Virus record (IMG/VR): IMGVR_UViG_3300021373_000228
Location: 1-51,152 of that record
Reading direction: 5' to 3' (one strand)
DNA length: 51,152 nt
Source of the DNA: a virus
Lineage: Duplodnaviria > Caudoviricetes
The position numbers were made by a program, and so were the translations under genes. The first letter of the stretch is position 1. Every line of letters begins with the position of its first letter. This document shows positions 15,929-25,626 of this stretch, piece by piece. The notes under the pieces were generated by a model. That model was not told the DNA's origin, made no database searches, and worked only from the letters and a program-made list of their open reading frames with translations.

Positions 15929-18900
15929 ATGGCAAAAAAGCTAGTCTTCGATTATACGTTTGATGCGTCAGCGCAAACAGTTACACTTACTGACGATGTG
16001 TATCCAAAGCGTAGGCTTTTGATGATTACAAACGTTACATCAGGTGATATAATTTACCTGTTTAATGATGCTGCTAAAAGCGGCACATTTACTTTTAACT
16101 ATGAAGACTACTCAACCACAATTACGCTTGATTATGATACAACAAGCATGTCTGATACAGACGATCTGCAAATTTTTGTAGAGTGGGATAACCAAACAAT
16201 TGAGTTTGATGAAAGCTATGTTGATCCTGTTTCTAAGATTCGAGTTTCTCAACCAGAAAACTTGATTGATACCGATTTTGAATACGGCTTACAATCAACT
16301 AAATGGGAAACATTAGAGCTTACTAAAAACATTCCTACTTTTTATAGTCGTAATGGTGATCTATCATTTGAGTTAGATGATATAACCGTACAACAAGACA
16401 GTAACACCGTAACAGTAGTTACTACAAACCCACACGGCTTACAGCGTGGTACACCTATTCTTATTCAAGGTACTTCATCTTCTCTCTGTGATGGGGGTTT
16501 TACAAGTTTATCTGTTGTTGATGAAAATACTTTTACATATCAAGCAAAATCTAATTTAGGTTTTAGCGGTTCAATTAAGACAACTAATACAGAGGTTTTT
16601 CAAGGCTCTATATATTCTGGTACAGAGTTTAAAATTAGAAGTATCGCGGGTATTATTTCTGACGGTGTAACTGAAGGTTCTACTCTAACTGTTACTACTG
16701 AATATCCAACTGATTTTGTAACAGGAACACAGTTCGCATTGACTAATAGTTTTGCATCATCAGGTGTATCTTTTGAAACGGATGATGTTGAACCAGATAA
16801 TACTTCGACAAGTACAACTACAGTAACAGTGGGTTATGTTTCCTCAGAGGCATCGGATAATACAAATATTTCAAATTCAACAATTACTCCTTACAATTGG
16901 GTTGGTACAAGCACTCGTTCAATTTACATTGACCCTAATGATGTATCAGTAAGTAATGGAGATATAGTATTTTCAGGCTCAGGTCACGGTCGGTACACTG
17001 GTGATAATACATTTGATATTTTTTCTTTCTATTATAATTTACCTGCTTATACTAGCAATAAATATACTACAATTGGCGGTCTAGTAAGAGGCCAAATGTA
17101 TATTGGGAGATATATTAATTCCACCACACTTCGTATATGGGATAGAAGTGAATATGTTAACGCTGTTAACAATAACTCAGCAGGTAGAGTAACAATTACC
17201 AGCATACCCACTCGTCAAAATTTTAAGCACCAGTTTTTAGCTGGTACTATGATGGAAAATAGCACCACAGGTGATTATTTTTATAATTACACCAACCTAA
17301 ATGGCATATATGATTGGAATTGGCCCACTGTAGCTTTTACAAACACCGCCACCAATAGTGATAATTCTTTTGATGGTGGCGCTACCTTAGGTCGCCACCT
17401 AATTATGAGTGAAGACACCACTGATAGTAGTGTTGATGGCGGCGGTAAATTTACATTTGGCAGCGGTGGTACAGTAGGAAACTTTGAATCCTTAGCAACT
17501 TCTGATAATAGAATATTCCTTGTGTACAATGCAGGGTATTTTTACGTTTATCCTAGTGTAAATGGCTCCTTTAGAATGAGCCTTTCTACTGTGGTTAATA
17601 CTGATATAATTGTTCCTATTACTTTAAACCCTAATAGAAATACAATATATTTACAGAACCACGGTTTCAACACAGGAGATAGTGTAACTTATACTTTAAC
17701 AAATGGTATTGGTCAATTTGGATTAACAAGTGGAAACACTTACACAGTTCAAAAGGTTACTAATGATCGCTTTAGATTACTAAGCGGTACATCTGAAGTT
17801 AATTTTACTTCTTTTGCTGAAGCTGGAGATCAGTTTACTCTTACTATAGTTCAATATAATGATAATGGCGACACGGTATATGTAGAAGACAGCACCTTCC
17901 AAGAAGGTGATGCTGTTCTTTATAATACTAATGGCGGTACTGCTATTGGTGGTTTAGTAAATGATGAACTTTATTACGTTTATAGAAAATCAGGTGACCG
18001 CTTCCGTCTTGCATCTAATCCTGCCTTAGTAACAGGGGCGAGAGTTCTTTCAAGCTCTTTCTCTTATTATTTAAATACAGGTTATTTTAGAACAGATAAC
18101 TCAATACTTACCAGATATAGTACAATTAACAATTATAGCGTTATTGATTTTACTACAGGTAGCGCCGTTTTATACAATCAAAATTCTGGAACACCTGTGG
18201 GAAATTTAAAAGTTGGTGGTATATACTATATTAATAGAATCACCAGTAGACAATTTTCTTTGCATTACACAAAGGCAGATGCATTAGCTGACACTAATAG
18301 AATCTCAATAACGGTTCCAAGTAACTATCCTTCTTTTACTGAAACCTACGCAGTTGATCTAACTAGTAAACCCGCACAAAACGAAACACATAATCTTAGT
18401 AGTTCCTTCGTTGGTGCAGCAGATGGCAACTATTCTTTAGCTTCTACTTCAGCAGATCAAATGTCTTTTACATTATCATCTAATGCAACCATTAAAGGTC
18501 GTAAGATTGAGACAACTGTTCAGCAATCTTTACTTTCTGGTCAAGATGCGTTTTACTATCCAAGCCACGGTTTTTCATTAGGTGCAGATGTAGAATATAC
18601 ATCAACAACAACTCATATAACAGGTATAACAAGTGGTACTACCTATTATGTAATTCCCTTGGATAGAGATCGCTTTCAATTAGCTGCATCATCAAGTGAT
18701 GCTCTTGAGGGGACTAATGTTTCAATAACTGGCCCTAGTTCAGGTGTGGCGGCTCCTGTTACTGATAGTATTACATTTCAAGGAAATAGTATTGTAGCTG
18801 CTGCCACTGGTACTGGTACTGTTTCAGCGTCTTCTGGTAGTACACTACTTGTTGGTGATGGGACTCTATTTAATTCTATATTCAAACCAGGTGACACTAT

Positions 18901-21343
18901 TAAGATAACACCTCCTATAGTAGTGAATCCTTATTATTCTGACGGTGGTGGTGATTACATACAACTTTACAGCCAAGATTCAGCGGTTGTTATTTCTCAT
19001 AACCTTACAAATGGCGATGCTATTAGATTCACAGGGACTGCTTTTCCTGCTAATACTAACGGTACAGACATTTTTTTCATAAGGCTTCTTTCTAGTAATG
19101 CATTTTATCTCTACAACTCAGAGGCTGATGCGCTTGCTAATGTAAACAGAATAGATTTAAGTACCGTGAATGTCTCTTCACTATCCACAAGAGGTATAGT
19201 AAAATTAGATTCAACTGATAGGCCAATTGAGAGAACCATAGATTACGTAAATAGTAATACACAATTAGAGGTTACAGAAGAATATGATGACTCTATTTCA
19301 GATGGTGATTATTATGTAAGCTCTCAACTTTTACTACGTCCTGATGGGTTTGCGCTCCACAGACCATATGATGGTGGAGTGGAATTAATACCACCAACGA
19401 ATCCTGATAGCCAAATGATACGTCAAACACGTAAGTATTTCCGATACCAATCAGGTAAAGGTATTCAGGTTTCATTTGCTGTTAACTTTAGTCCTACAAC
19501 GCAAATTGATGATGCTTATTATGACAGTAGTGGTGATCTTTATATTAAAACAAGATTTCCACACAGATTATCAGCAGGTTTAGAAATTGAAGTTTCAGAG
19601 GCAACAGGGTCTAGTGCGACAGCTTTTAATGGTACGCGCACAGTTTCATCTATTGTTGATGATTATACAGCAGTTTTTGACACAGGTGTTACAGCAGATG
19701 CCAATAAAATAATTAGTGGTAATGCTGAATTTTATGTAAAAGGTTGGAGAAATAGCTCACTAAAATGTGGATTATTTGATGATCAAAACGGCTTATTCTT
19801 TTCCTATGATGGGGATAGATTATTCTGTTCTAGACGTTCATCAATCAGACAAATATCTGGTACAGCTCAGGTTACTTTCCGAAGCGGTGATGTAGTAGGT
19901 AATAATACTAAGTTTCAATCGCAACTAAATAAAGGTCAGTACATAGTTATAAAAGGACAAAGCTATCAAATTACAAAGATATCTAGTGATACGCTTGCGC
20001 ATATCACACCAAGTTATCGTGGTGTAGATGCATCAGGTGTTATTATCACAGTTACTGAAACTACCTCAGTACCACAAGAAAATTGGAATTTAGATAAAGC
20101 TGATGGTACAGGCTACACGGGTTTTAAATTAGATTTAGCTAGAATCCAAATGGCTTACATCGACTATTCATGGTATGGTGCAGGTAAAGTACGCTTTGGC
20201 TTTAAAGACCAGCACGGTAAAGTTCAATATGTACATGAATTTGTGCATGGTAACTTTAAGACAGAAGCGTACATGCGATCAGGTAACATCCCAGCGCGTT
20301 ATGAGATTCAAAATACTGGACAGCCAACATATGTTCCTGCACTAGCACATTGGGGTACATCAGTTATTATGGATGGTCGCTTTGATGATGATAAAGCTTA
20401 TGTCTTTAACGCATCAGGCAACAACATTACAACATCTGGCTCAAATAGTGTTTCGTTTGTGGGTGAGGTTGAAACGTTAAAGAAATATCGTGAACCTAAA
20501 AATGGAAATATAGTCCTAAACTATGCAGTTCATGTAGAGGTGCCAAACTCGCAGCTTAATGCTGCATTTGCTGGAGTAGAAATTACTGGGGCAGGTTTAG
20601 CTAGTGGTACAAAACTTGCGTTGCCAGAAAACTTTAATGCTACATACTATCAACCTTACCAACCCAGTATTTTTTCCAGAATTTATGGTGAGGGAAGTTC
20701 TACAGATAGAACAAGAACGCTTATGTTGATAGACAGAGCGCCTACATCACTACCCACCCCTGATCCCCAAACAGGATTAACAACAAGTACTTATACTCTT
20801 GATCTAGATGTTGGTGACGGTGGTGCTGACGCGGCACAGGTTACAAGAAATATTCCTCTGATTAGTGTACGCTTAGCTCCGTCTGTTGACACATCTACAG
20901 TTGGAAAGCTTGGGGAGCGTGAAATTATCAACAGAATGCAACTTATTCTAAGCCAAGTATCTATTTTGACCACACATACATGTGAAGTAAAACTGATTCT
21001 GAATGGTCTTCTATCTTCTAATGCATGGCAGAGGGTTACAAACCCATCACTATCTGAGCTAATTTATCATGGTGGTAATGATACAATCTCTGGTGGTGCG
21101 GCACTCTTTTCATTCCGTGCGGCTGGTGATACAGGTACAGCCCGTTCACAGCAGCTTACCAATCAAGAGCTAGGGGAAGTTGCTACACTAGGTAACTCAA
21201 TTCTAGGGGGTGACCAACCCTTCCCAGATGGACCAGATGTCCTAACAGTTGTTGCAACACTTACTGAAGACCCCTCAACAGTAGATACAACAACACCGTT
21301 TAACGTATCTGGTCGTATTTCATGGTCTGAGTCACAGGCATAA
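15929..21343 (+). CDS. Giant 1804-aa virion/fibre protein with repeated HGxxxGDxVxY..GL..YYV..FxLA domains
   Basis: Thr/Ser/Gly/Asn-rich; about 6-8 repeats; DPVSKIRVSQPENLIDTDFEYG and RQTRKYFRYQSGKG blocks. Confidence 0.75.
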   Translation: MAKKLVFDYTFDASAQTVTLTDDVYPKRRLLMITNVTSGDIIYLFNDAAKSGTFTFNYEDYSTTITLDYDTTSMSDTDDLQIFVEWDNQTIEFDESYVDPVSKIRVSQPENLIDTDFEYGLQSTKWETLELTKNIPTFYSRNGDLSFELDDITVQQDSNTVTVVTTNPHGLQRGTPILIQGTSSSLCDGGFTSLSVVDENTFTYQAKSNLGFSGSIKTTNTEVFQGSIYSGTEFKIRSIAGIISDGVTEGSTLTVTTEYPTDFVTGTQFALTNSFASSGVSFETDDVEPDNTSTSTTTVTVGYVSSEASDNTNISNSTITPYNWVGTSTRSIYIDPNDVSVSNGDIVFSGSGHGRYTGDNTFDIFSFYYNLPAYTSNKYTTIGGLVRGQMYIGRYINSTTLRIWDRSEYVNAVNNNSAGRVTITSIPTRQNFKHQFLAGTMMENSTTGDYFYNYTNLNGIYDWNWPTVAFTNTATNSDNSFDGGATLGRHLIMSEDTTDSSVDGGGKFTFGSGGTVGNFESLATSDNRIFLVYNAGYFYVYPSVNGSFRMSLSTVVNTDIIVPITLNPNRNTIYLQNHGFNTGDSVTYTLTNGIGQFGLTSGNTYTVQKVTNDRFRLLSGTSEVNFTSFAEAGDQFTLTIVQYNDNGDTVYVEDSTFQEGDAVLYNTNGGTAIGGLVNDELYYVYRKSGDRFRLASNPALVTGARVLSSSFSYYLNTGYFRTDNSILTRYSTINNYSVIDFTTGSAVLYNQNSGTPVGNLKVGGIYYINRITSRQFSLHYTKADALADTNRISITVPSNYPSFTETYAVDLTSKPAQNETHNLSSSFVGAADGNYSLASTSADQMSFTLSSNATIKGRKIETTVQQSLLSGQDAFYYPSHGFSLGADVEYTSTTTHITGITSGTTYYVIPLDRDRFQLAASSSDALEGTNVSITGPSSGVAAPVTDSITFQGNSIVAAATGTGTVSASSGSTLLVGDGTLFNSIFKPGDTIKITPPIVVNPYYSDGGGDYIQLYSQDSAVVISHNLTNGDAIRFTGTAFPANTNGTDIFFIRLLSSNAFYLYNSEADALANVNRIDLSTVNVSSLSTRGIVKLDSTDRPIERTIDYVNSNTQLEVTEEYDDSISDGDYYVSSQLLLRPDGFALHRPYDGGVELIPPTNPDSQMIRQTRKYFRYQSGKGIQVSFAVNFSPTTQIDDAYYDSSGDLYIKTRFPHRLSAGLEIEVSEATGSSATAFNGTRTVSSIVDDYTAVFDTGVTADANKIISGNAEFYVKGWRNSSLKCGLFDDQNGLFFSYDGDRLFCSRRSSIRQISGTAQVTFRSGDVVGNNTKFQSQLNKGQYIVIKGQSYQITKISSDTLAHITPSYRGVDASGVIITVTETTSVPQENWNLDKADGTGYTGFKLDLARIQMAYIDYSWYGAGKVRFGFKDQHGKVQYVHEFVHGNFKTEAYMRSGNIPARYEIQNTGQPTYVPALAHWGTSVIMDGRFDDDKAYVFNASGNNITTSGSNSVSFVGEVETLKKYREPKNGNIVLNYAVHVEVPNSQLNAAFAGVEITGAGLASGTKLALPENFNATYYQPYQPSIFSRIYGEGSSTDRTRTLMLIDRAPTSLPTPDPQTGLTTSTYTLDLDVGDGGADAAQVTRNIPLISVRLAPSVDTSTVGKLGEREIINRMQLILSQVSILTTHTCEVKLILNGLLSSNAWQRVTNPSLSELIYHGGNDTISGGAALFSFRAAGDTGTARSQQLTNQELGEVATLGNSILGGDQPFPDGPDVLTVVATLTEDPSTVDTTTPFNVSGRISWSESQA

Positions 21344-21364
21344 CACAGAAAGGCAAGTAGGTCT

Positions 21365-23050
21365 ATGCTAGGTTTTGTAGCATTATCAGATTCTGCCTTA
21401 AGTGATATAGAGGTTGCAGAACAGCTTATACAGGTAACACAAGCTGTTACAGGTGTAGCTGCCACTGTATCTGTTGGAACACTTAGTGTAAACAACGACA
21501 GAACTATAACATTAGGTAGTGTAGCAGCTACTAGCTCTATAGGTTCTGTTTCTGTAATACATGATGCTGCCATTAATCTTTCTGCTGTTACAGCAACAGC
21601 GTCAGTAGGTACTGCATCTGCTGCCCAAGACTCTAGCATACCACAAACTGGTGTATCTGCTACAAGTGCAATAGGTAGCTTAGATGTTCTACTCTCTGCT
21701 AATGTTGATCTTTCATCTGTAACTGCAAATGGAGAACCTCGCTCAGAAGTTAACTACACTGTCACTGTTGCCGACAATAATGGTAACAAATACTATATAG
21801 ACGGTGTATCAAACCCGACTCTAAACTTTAAAAGAGGTACTACATACATATTTGATCTGTCGGATAGTTCTAATACAGGACATCCATTTGCGTTTAAAGA
21901 CGGTCAAGGAAACAGTTATACAACTGGTGTAACAACATCAGGAACAGCAGGACAGGCAGGCGCTACTGTCACTATAGTAGTAGCTTCAGATGCCCCTAGT
22001 ACTCTAAGATATTATTGTACTGTACATGGCGAGGGAATGGGTAACACCATTTCTGTTTCTGATGCAGTATCTATAACAGTTAATGCAGATGCTAATACTA
22101 CACTAGCAGCCGCAACTTCTACAGGTAGTGCAGGCACATTAGATGTTAATCTAACTGCAAACCCAGTACTACCCTCAGATACAGTTACAGTCACAGCAGG
22201 TAGCTTAGATGTTCACCTAGATGCAGCAGTAGAGCTTACAGGTGTAACAAGCTCTATAGCCTTTGGTACAGCAGCAGACGCATTTGATGCAGACGCTAAT
22301 ATAACGCTACCAAGCGCAACGGCTATTGGTTCTGTATCTGATATAGCTGAGATACTACTAGATGCTGCACCTGTATTACCTGAAGCAGCAGCCACGCTTA
22401 CAGTAGAAGCTTTAGAGTTTGATGCAGATGCAAACACTAATTTAGCTTCTGTATCAGCCACTACAGCATTAGATGAAGTTGAATATAAAGGTGCTGCAGA
22501 CGTTGAAATAGATGATGTAGATGCATCAACTGATACAACAGCACCAACAATAACATTAAGCGCTGCACCAGAAATTAGTGGAGTAAGTTCTACACTTGCG
22601 TTTGGCACAGCAGCAGATGCGTTTGACGCTGATGCTAATATAATAGTTAGTGCTGTTGTTGCTAATGTTGTTGCTAATGCATTTGCAGATGTAGAAGCAA
22701 AAGCAGAAATAGAACTAGGTTCTGTAACAGCAGCTTCTTCAACGGGTGGTGTCACAGTATCAGTAAGTGTTGCTAGAGAATTAACGACTCTAGTAGCAGA
22801 CATTGTTATTGATACAGTAACAGCCAATGGTGTACAATTTGTATATGATCCGAATGACTATGATAGATCACGAGTTATATATCTAAACGCACAAGATAGA
22901 AACAACGTAGTAACGATAAACCCAGAATTACAAACAGTATATACAACAAACGTTAGATCATTTAACACAGTAATAATTGAACCTGAAAACAGAACAATAG
23001 TTGTAGATAAAATACCAGTAAACAGCACAACTGTTTATATTGCAGCATAA
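21365..23050 (+). CDS. Ala/Val/Thr-rich virion protein with inserted cupredoxin-like domain
   Basis: GHPFAF...YYCTVHGEGMG; repeated AFGTAADAFDADANI. Confidence 0.7.
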   Translation: MLGFVALSDSALSDIEVAEQLIQVTQAVTGVAATVSVGTLSVNNDRTITLGSVAATSSIGSVSVIHDAAINLSAVTATASVGTASAAQDSSIPQTGVSATSAIGSLDVLLSANVDLSSVTANGEPRSEVNYTVTVADNNGNKYYIDGVSNPTLNFKRGTTYIFDLSDSSNTGHPFAFKDGQGNSYTTGVTTSGTAGQAGATVTIVVASDAPSTLRYYCTVHGEGMGNTISVSDAVSITVNADANTTLAAATSTGSAGTLDVNLTANPVLPSDTVTVTAGSLDVHLDAAVELTGVTSSIAFGTAADAFDADANITLPSATAIGSVSDIAEILLDAAPVLPEAAATLTVEALEFDADANTNLASVSATTALDEVEYKGAADVEIDDVDASTDTTAPTITLSAAPEISGVSSTLAFGTAADAFDADANIIVSAVVANVVANAFADVEAKAEIELGSVTAASSTGGVTVSVSVARELTTLVADIVIDTVTANGVQFVYDPNDYDRSRVIYLNAQDRNNVVTINPELQTVYTTNVRSFNTVIIEPENRTIVVDKIPVNSTTVYIAA

Positions 23051-23059
23051 GGACTAGCT

Positions 23060-23377
23060 ATGTCTTACAAATGGCCTGATAAAGACCCAGATGAAACAGT
23101 AGATTACAGCGTAGATTGGTCACGCTTCCTTGGAACAGACACAATTTCTACAGCTACTTGGTTTATTAAAGATGCAGATGGAAACAAAGAGCAGGTTTCT
23201 AATACTGAAACTGTAAATGGTCTTCAGTTTGTTAGCGGAACAATCACCGACACAGTAGCAACAGCTAGGTTTGGTTTGGGTACAAATAATATACGATATA
23301 CTATAACATGTAGGATTAATACCGCAGGCGGTTTGCAGTACGAACGTTCTATCTTTCTACGCATTAGGGAGAAATAA
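23060..23377 (+). CDS. Small tail/fibre adaptor-like protein
   Basis: KDPDETVDYSVDW..L..DTI motif. Confidence 0.65.
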   Translation: MSYKWPDKDPDETVDYSVDWSRFLGTDTISTATWFIKDADGNKEQVSNTETVNGLQFVSGTITDTVATARFGLGTNNIRYTITCRINTAGGLQYERSIFLRIREK

Positions 23378-23379
23378 TA

Positions 23380-24069
23380 ATGGCATATGATTACATATCT
23401 CTCGTTAATGATGTTAACCGTAGATTAAATGAGGTAGAGCTTACTAGCTTAAACTTTGCTAGCACTACAGGTTATTACAGTTTTGCTAAGGACTCTGTTA
23501 ACTCAGCTATTCGCCATATTAATCAAGAAGAGTTTGAATGGCCTTGGAACCATGTTGAGGCAACTGAGGTGCTAACTGCAGGTACGACTCGCTATAGCTT
23601 CCCTTACGATGCTAAAAATATAAACATGAACACGTTCAGAATTAAGCGTGATCAAAGTTTAAATGTCAGCACACAGAAACTAAGAGTGCTGTCATACGAA
23701 GAATATCTTGACAAATACGCTGATAGTGAATATAACTTGGAGTCATCTAATCGTAGTACACCGATGTATGTAGCACGTACTCCAAGTAGAGAGTTTGTAT
23801 TATTTCCTACACCAGATAAAGCATACGAATTAATATTTGAGTATTACAAAGATTCATATGATCTAGAAAATCCTGCAGATGTACCTAATCTACCAGAACA
23901 ATATCGTTATGTAATTGTAGATGGTGCTATGTATTATGTTTATCAGTTTCGTGGTGACACACAAGCCGCACAACTTTCTTTAGGTAAATTCCAGCAAGGT
24001 ATTAAGCACCTTCGTAGCTTACATATTAACCGCACAGATTATTTAAGAGATTCAAGAGTTAGATTCTAA
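23380..24069 (+). CDS. Head-tail adaptor (tail tubular protein A-like)
   Basis: Position and size; NEVEL..WPW..LFPTPDKAY..IVDGAMYY. Confidence 0.7.
   Translation: MAYDYISLVNDVNRRLNEVELTSLNFASTTGYYSFAKDSVNSAIRHINQEEFEWPWNHVEATEVLTAGTTRYSFPYDAKNINMNTFRIKRDQSLNVSTQKLRVLSYEEYLDKYADSEYNLESSNRSTPMYVARTPSREFVLFPTPDKAYELIFEYYKDSYDLENPADVPNLPEQYRYVIVDGAMYYVYQFRGDTQAAQLSLGKFQQGIKHLRSLHINRTDYLRDSRVRF
23708..23737 (+). promoter_or_regulatory. Putative internal promoter
   Basis: TTGACA-N17-TATAACT inside the adaptor gene. Confidence 0.5.
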
Positions 24070-25625
24070 TGGCTACACAATGGAATACATTTCCTATTGA
24101 GTTTAAGGGTGGATTGATATCTAACCTATCTGCTCTACAGCAGGGTGCTAATGCTGTTGGTTCAGCTACTATCTTACAAAACTTTGAAGCCAACAAAGAA
24201 GGTGGCTACTCTAAAATCAGAGGCTTTGAAAAGTTTAGTACATCCACCGTACCAGGTCAGGGTGAAGTAGTTGGACTAAAGGTTATTTCTTCTGGTCGCT
24301 ATGTAGTTGCTCGTAAGAATGCATCAAACAATACCGTTTATTATTATGGTACTGGTGGTGCGTGGCAGAGTATGACTAATAACGTTAGTACTCTTACAAA
24401 TGGTGGTAAAGTTCGTCACGTAGAGTTTAACTTTGATGGTGACGATAAAGTTATATTTGTAGATGGTGTTAACTTCCCTGCTGTGTATAATACATCAGGT
24501 AATACCATTTTCTTTATGAATGCTACAGATCATAGTTCTGACATTTCAGGTGCTTTACATGTAACTATATTTAAGAACACAGCTTTCTATGCAGTAGGTA
24601 GTGATCTTATCTTTACAGCACCAAACACTGTTGACGATTTTAGTGTAGCCAACGGCGCTGGGACAATTAACGTAGGTTATGACATTACAGGTATGGCTGT
24701 TTTTCGTGAGCAGCTAATTGTATTCACTAATAGCTCAATTAAAAAGATCACAGGTAGCACTGCTGCTGATTTTCTAATGGCACCCATCACTGACAGTATT
24801 GGTTGTATCAACGGCGATACAATTCAAGAAGTTGGTGGTGATATTATGTATCTAGCACCTGACGGTATTAGACTACTAAGTGCAACAGATCGTATTGGCG
24901 ATTTTGCTCTCGATGTTGCCTCAGATAGAATATTTAAAGATGCTGCTACTTTCTTAGAGAGTGCTTCAAACTTTAGCTCTGTTGTGCTTAGGGAAAAAGC
25001 TCAATACAGAATCTTTGGGTATATCGCATCTGAACAAAAAGATGTTGCACGTGGATTAATTGCCACAAAATTTATCACACAAGGTGCGTCAGGTATTCAA
25101 TGGTCAACCACTAAAGGTATCAAAGCATATGTAGCAGATAGTAGATATTTTAATGACCAAGAGATTATAGCGTTTGCACATAGTGATGGTTACGTGTATA
25201 CTATGAATACAGGTAATAGCTTTGATGGTGCAGCTATTGAGAGTATATATGAATCACCCTATATGCCAATAAGTGATCCGCAAATACGTAAAACATTCTA
25301 TAAAATGACCTTGTATACAAACCCTACAGGCAACATGAGTTTAGATTTAAACTTAAAATACGATTTTGCTTCACCAAATAATAGTCAAACAATACAACCT
25401 GATACAATAACAATAAACAGTACAAGTTCGGGTGTTTTTAGTTATGGCGCGGCTGATGCTGTATTTGGTACGGCTACCTATGGCGGCGAAGTGGATCAGG
25501 TATATAATAAAAACGTTATAGGTTCAGGTAAAACAGTAGCTATTAGAATAGAAGACCTTTCAACAAACCCAACGTATACATTGGACACAGCTATATTAGA
25601 ATTTTCTCAGGAAGACAGGCAGTAA
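24069..25625 (+). CDS. Tail nozzle / tubular protein B-like
   Basis: Beta-propeller-like; ITGMAVFREQLIVF, IGCINGDTIQEVGGDIMYLAPDGIR. Confidence 0.7.
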   Translation: MATQWNTFPIEFKGGLISNLSALQQGANAVGSATILQNFEANKEGGYSKIRGFEKFSTSTVPGQGEVVGLKVISSGRYVVARKNASNNTVYYYGTGGAWQSMTNNVSTLTNGGKVRHVEFNFDGDDKVIFVDGVNFPAVYNTSGNTIFFMNATDHSSDISGALHVTIFKNTAFYAVGSDLIFTAPNTVDDFSVANGAGTINVGYDITGMAVFREQLIVFTNSSIKKITGSTAADFLMAPITDSIGCINGDTIQEVGGDIMYLAPDGIRLLSATDRIGDFALDVASDRIFKDAATFLESASNFSSVVLREKAQYRIFGYIASEQKDVARGLIATKFITQGASGIQWSTTKGIKAYVADSRYFNDQEIIAFAHSDGYVYTMNTGNSFDGAAIESIYESPYMPISDPQIRKTFYKMTLYTNPTGNMSLDLNLKYDFASPNNSQTIQPDTITINSTSSGVFSYGAADAVFGTATYGGEVDQVYNKNVIGSGKTVAIRIEDLSTNPTYTLDTAILEFSQEDRQ

Positions 25626-25626
25626 G

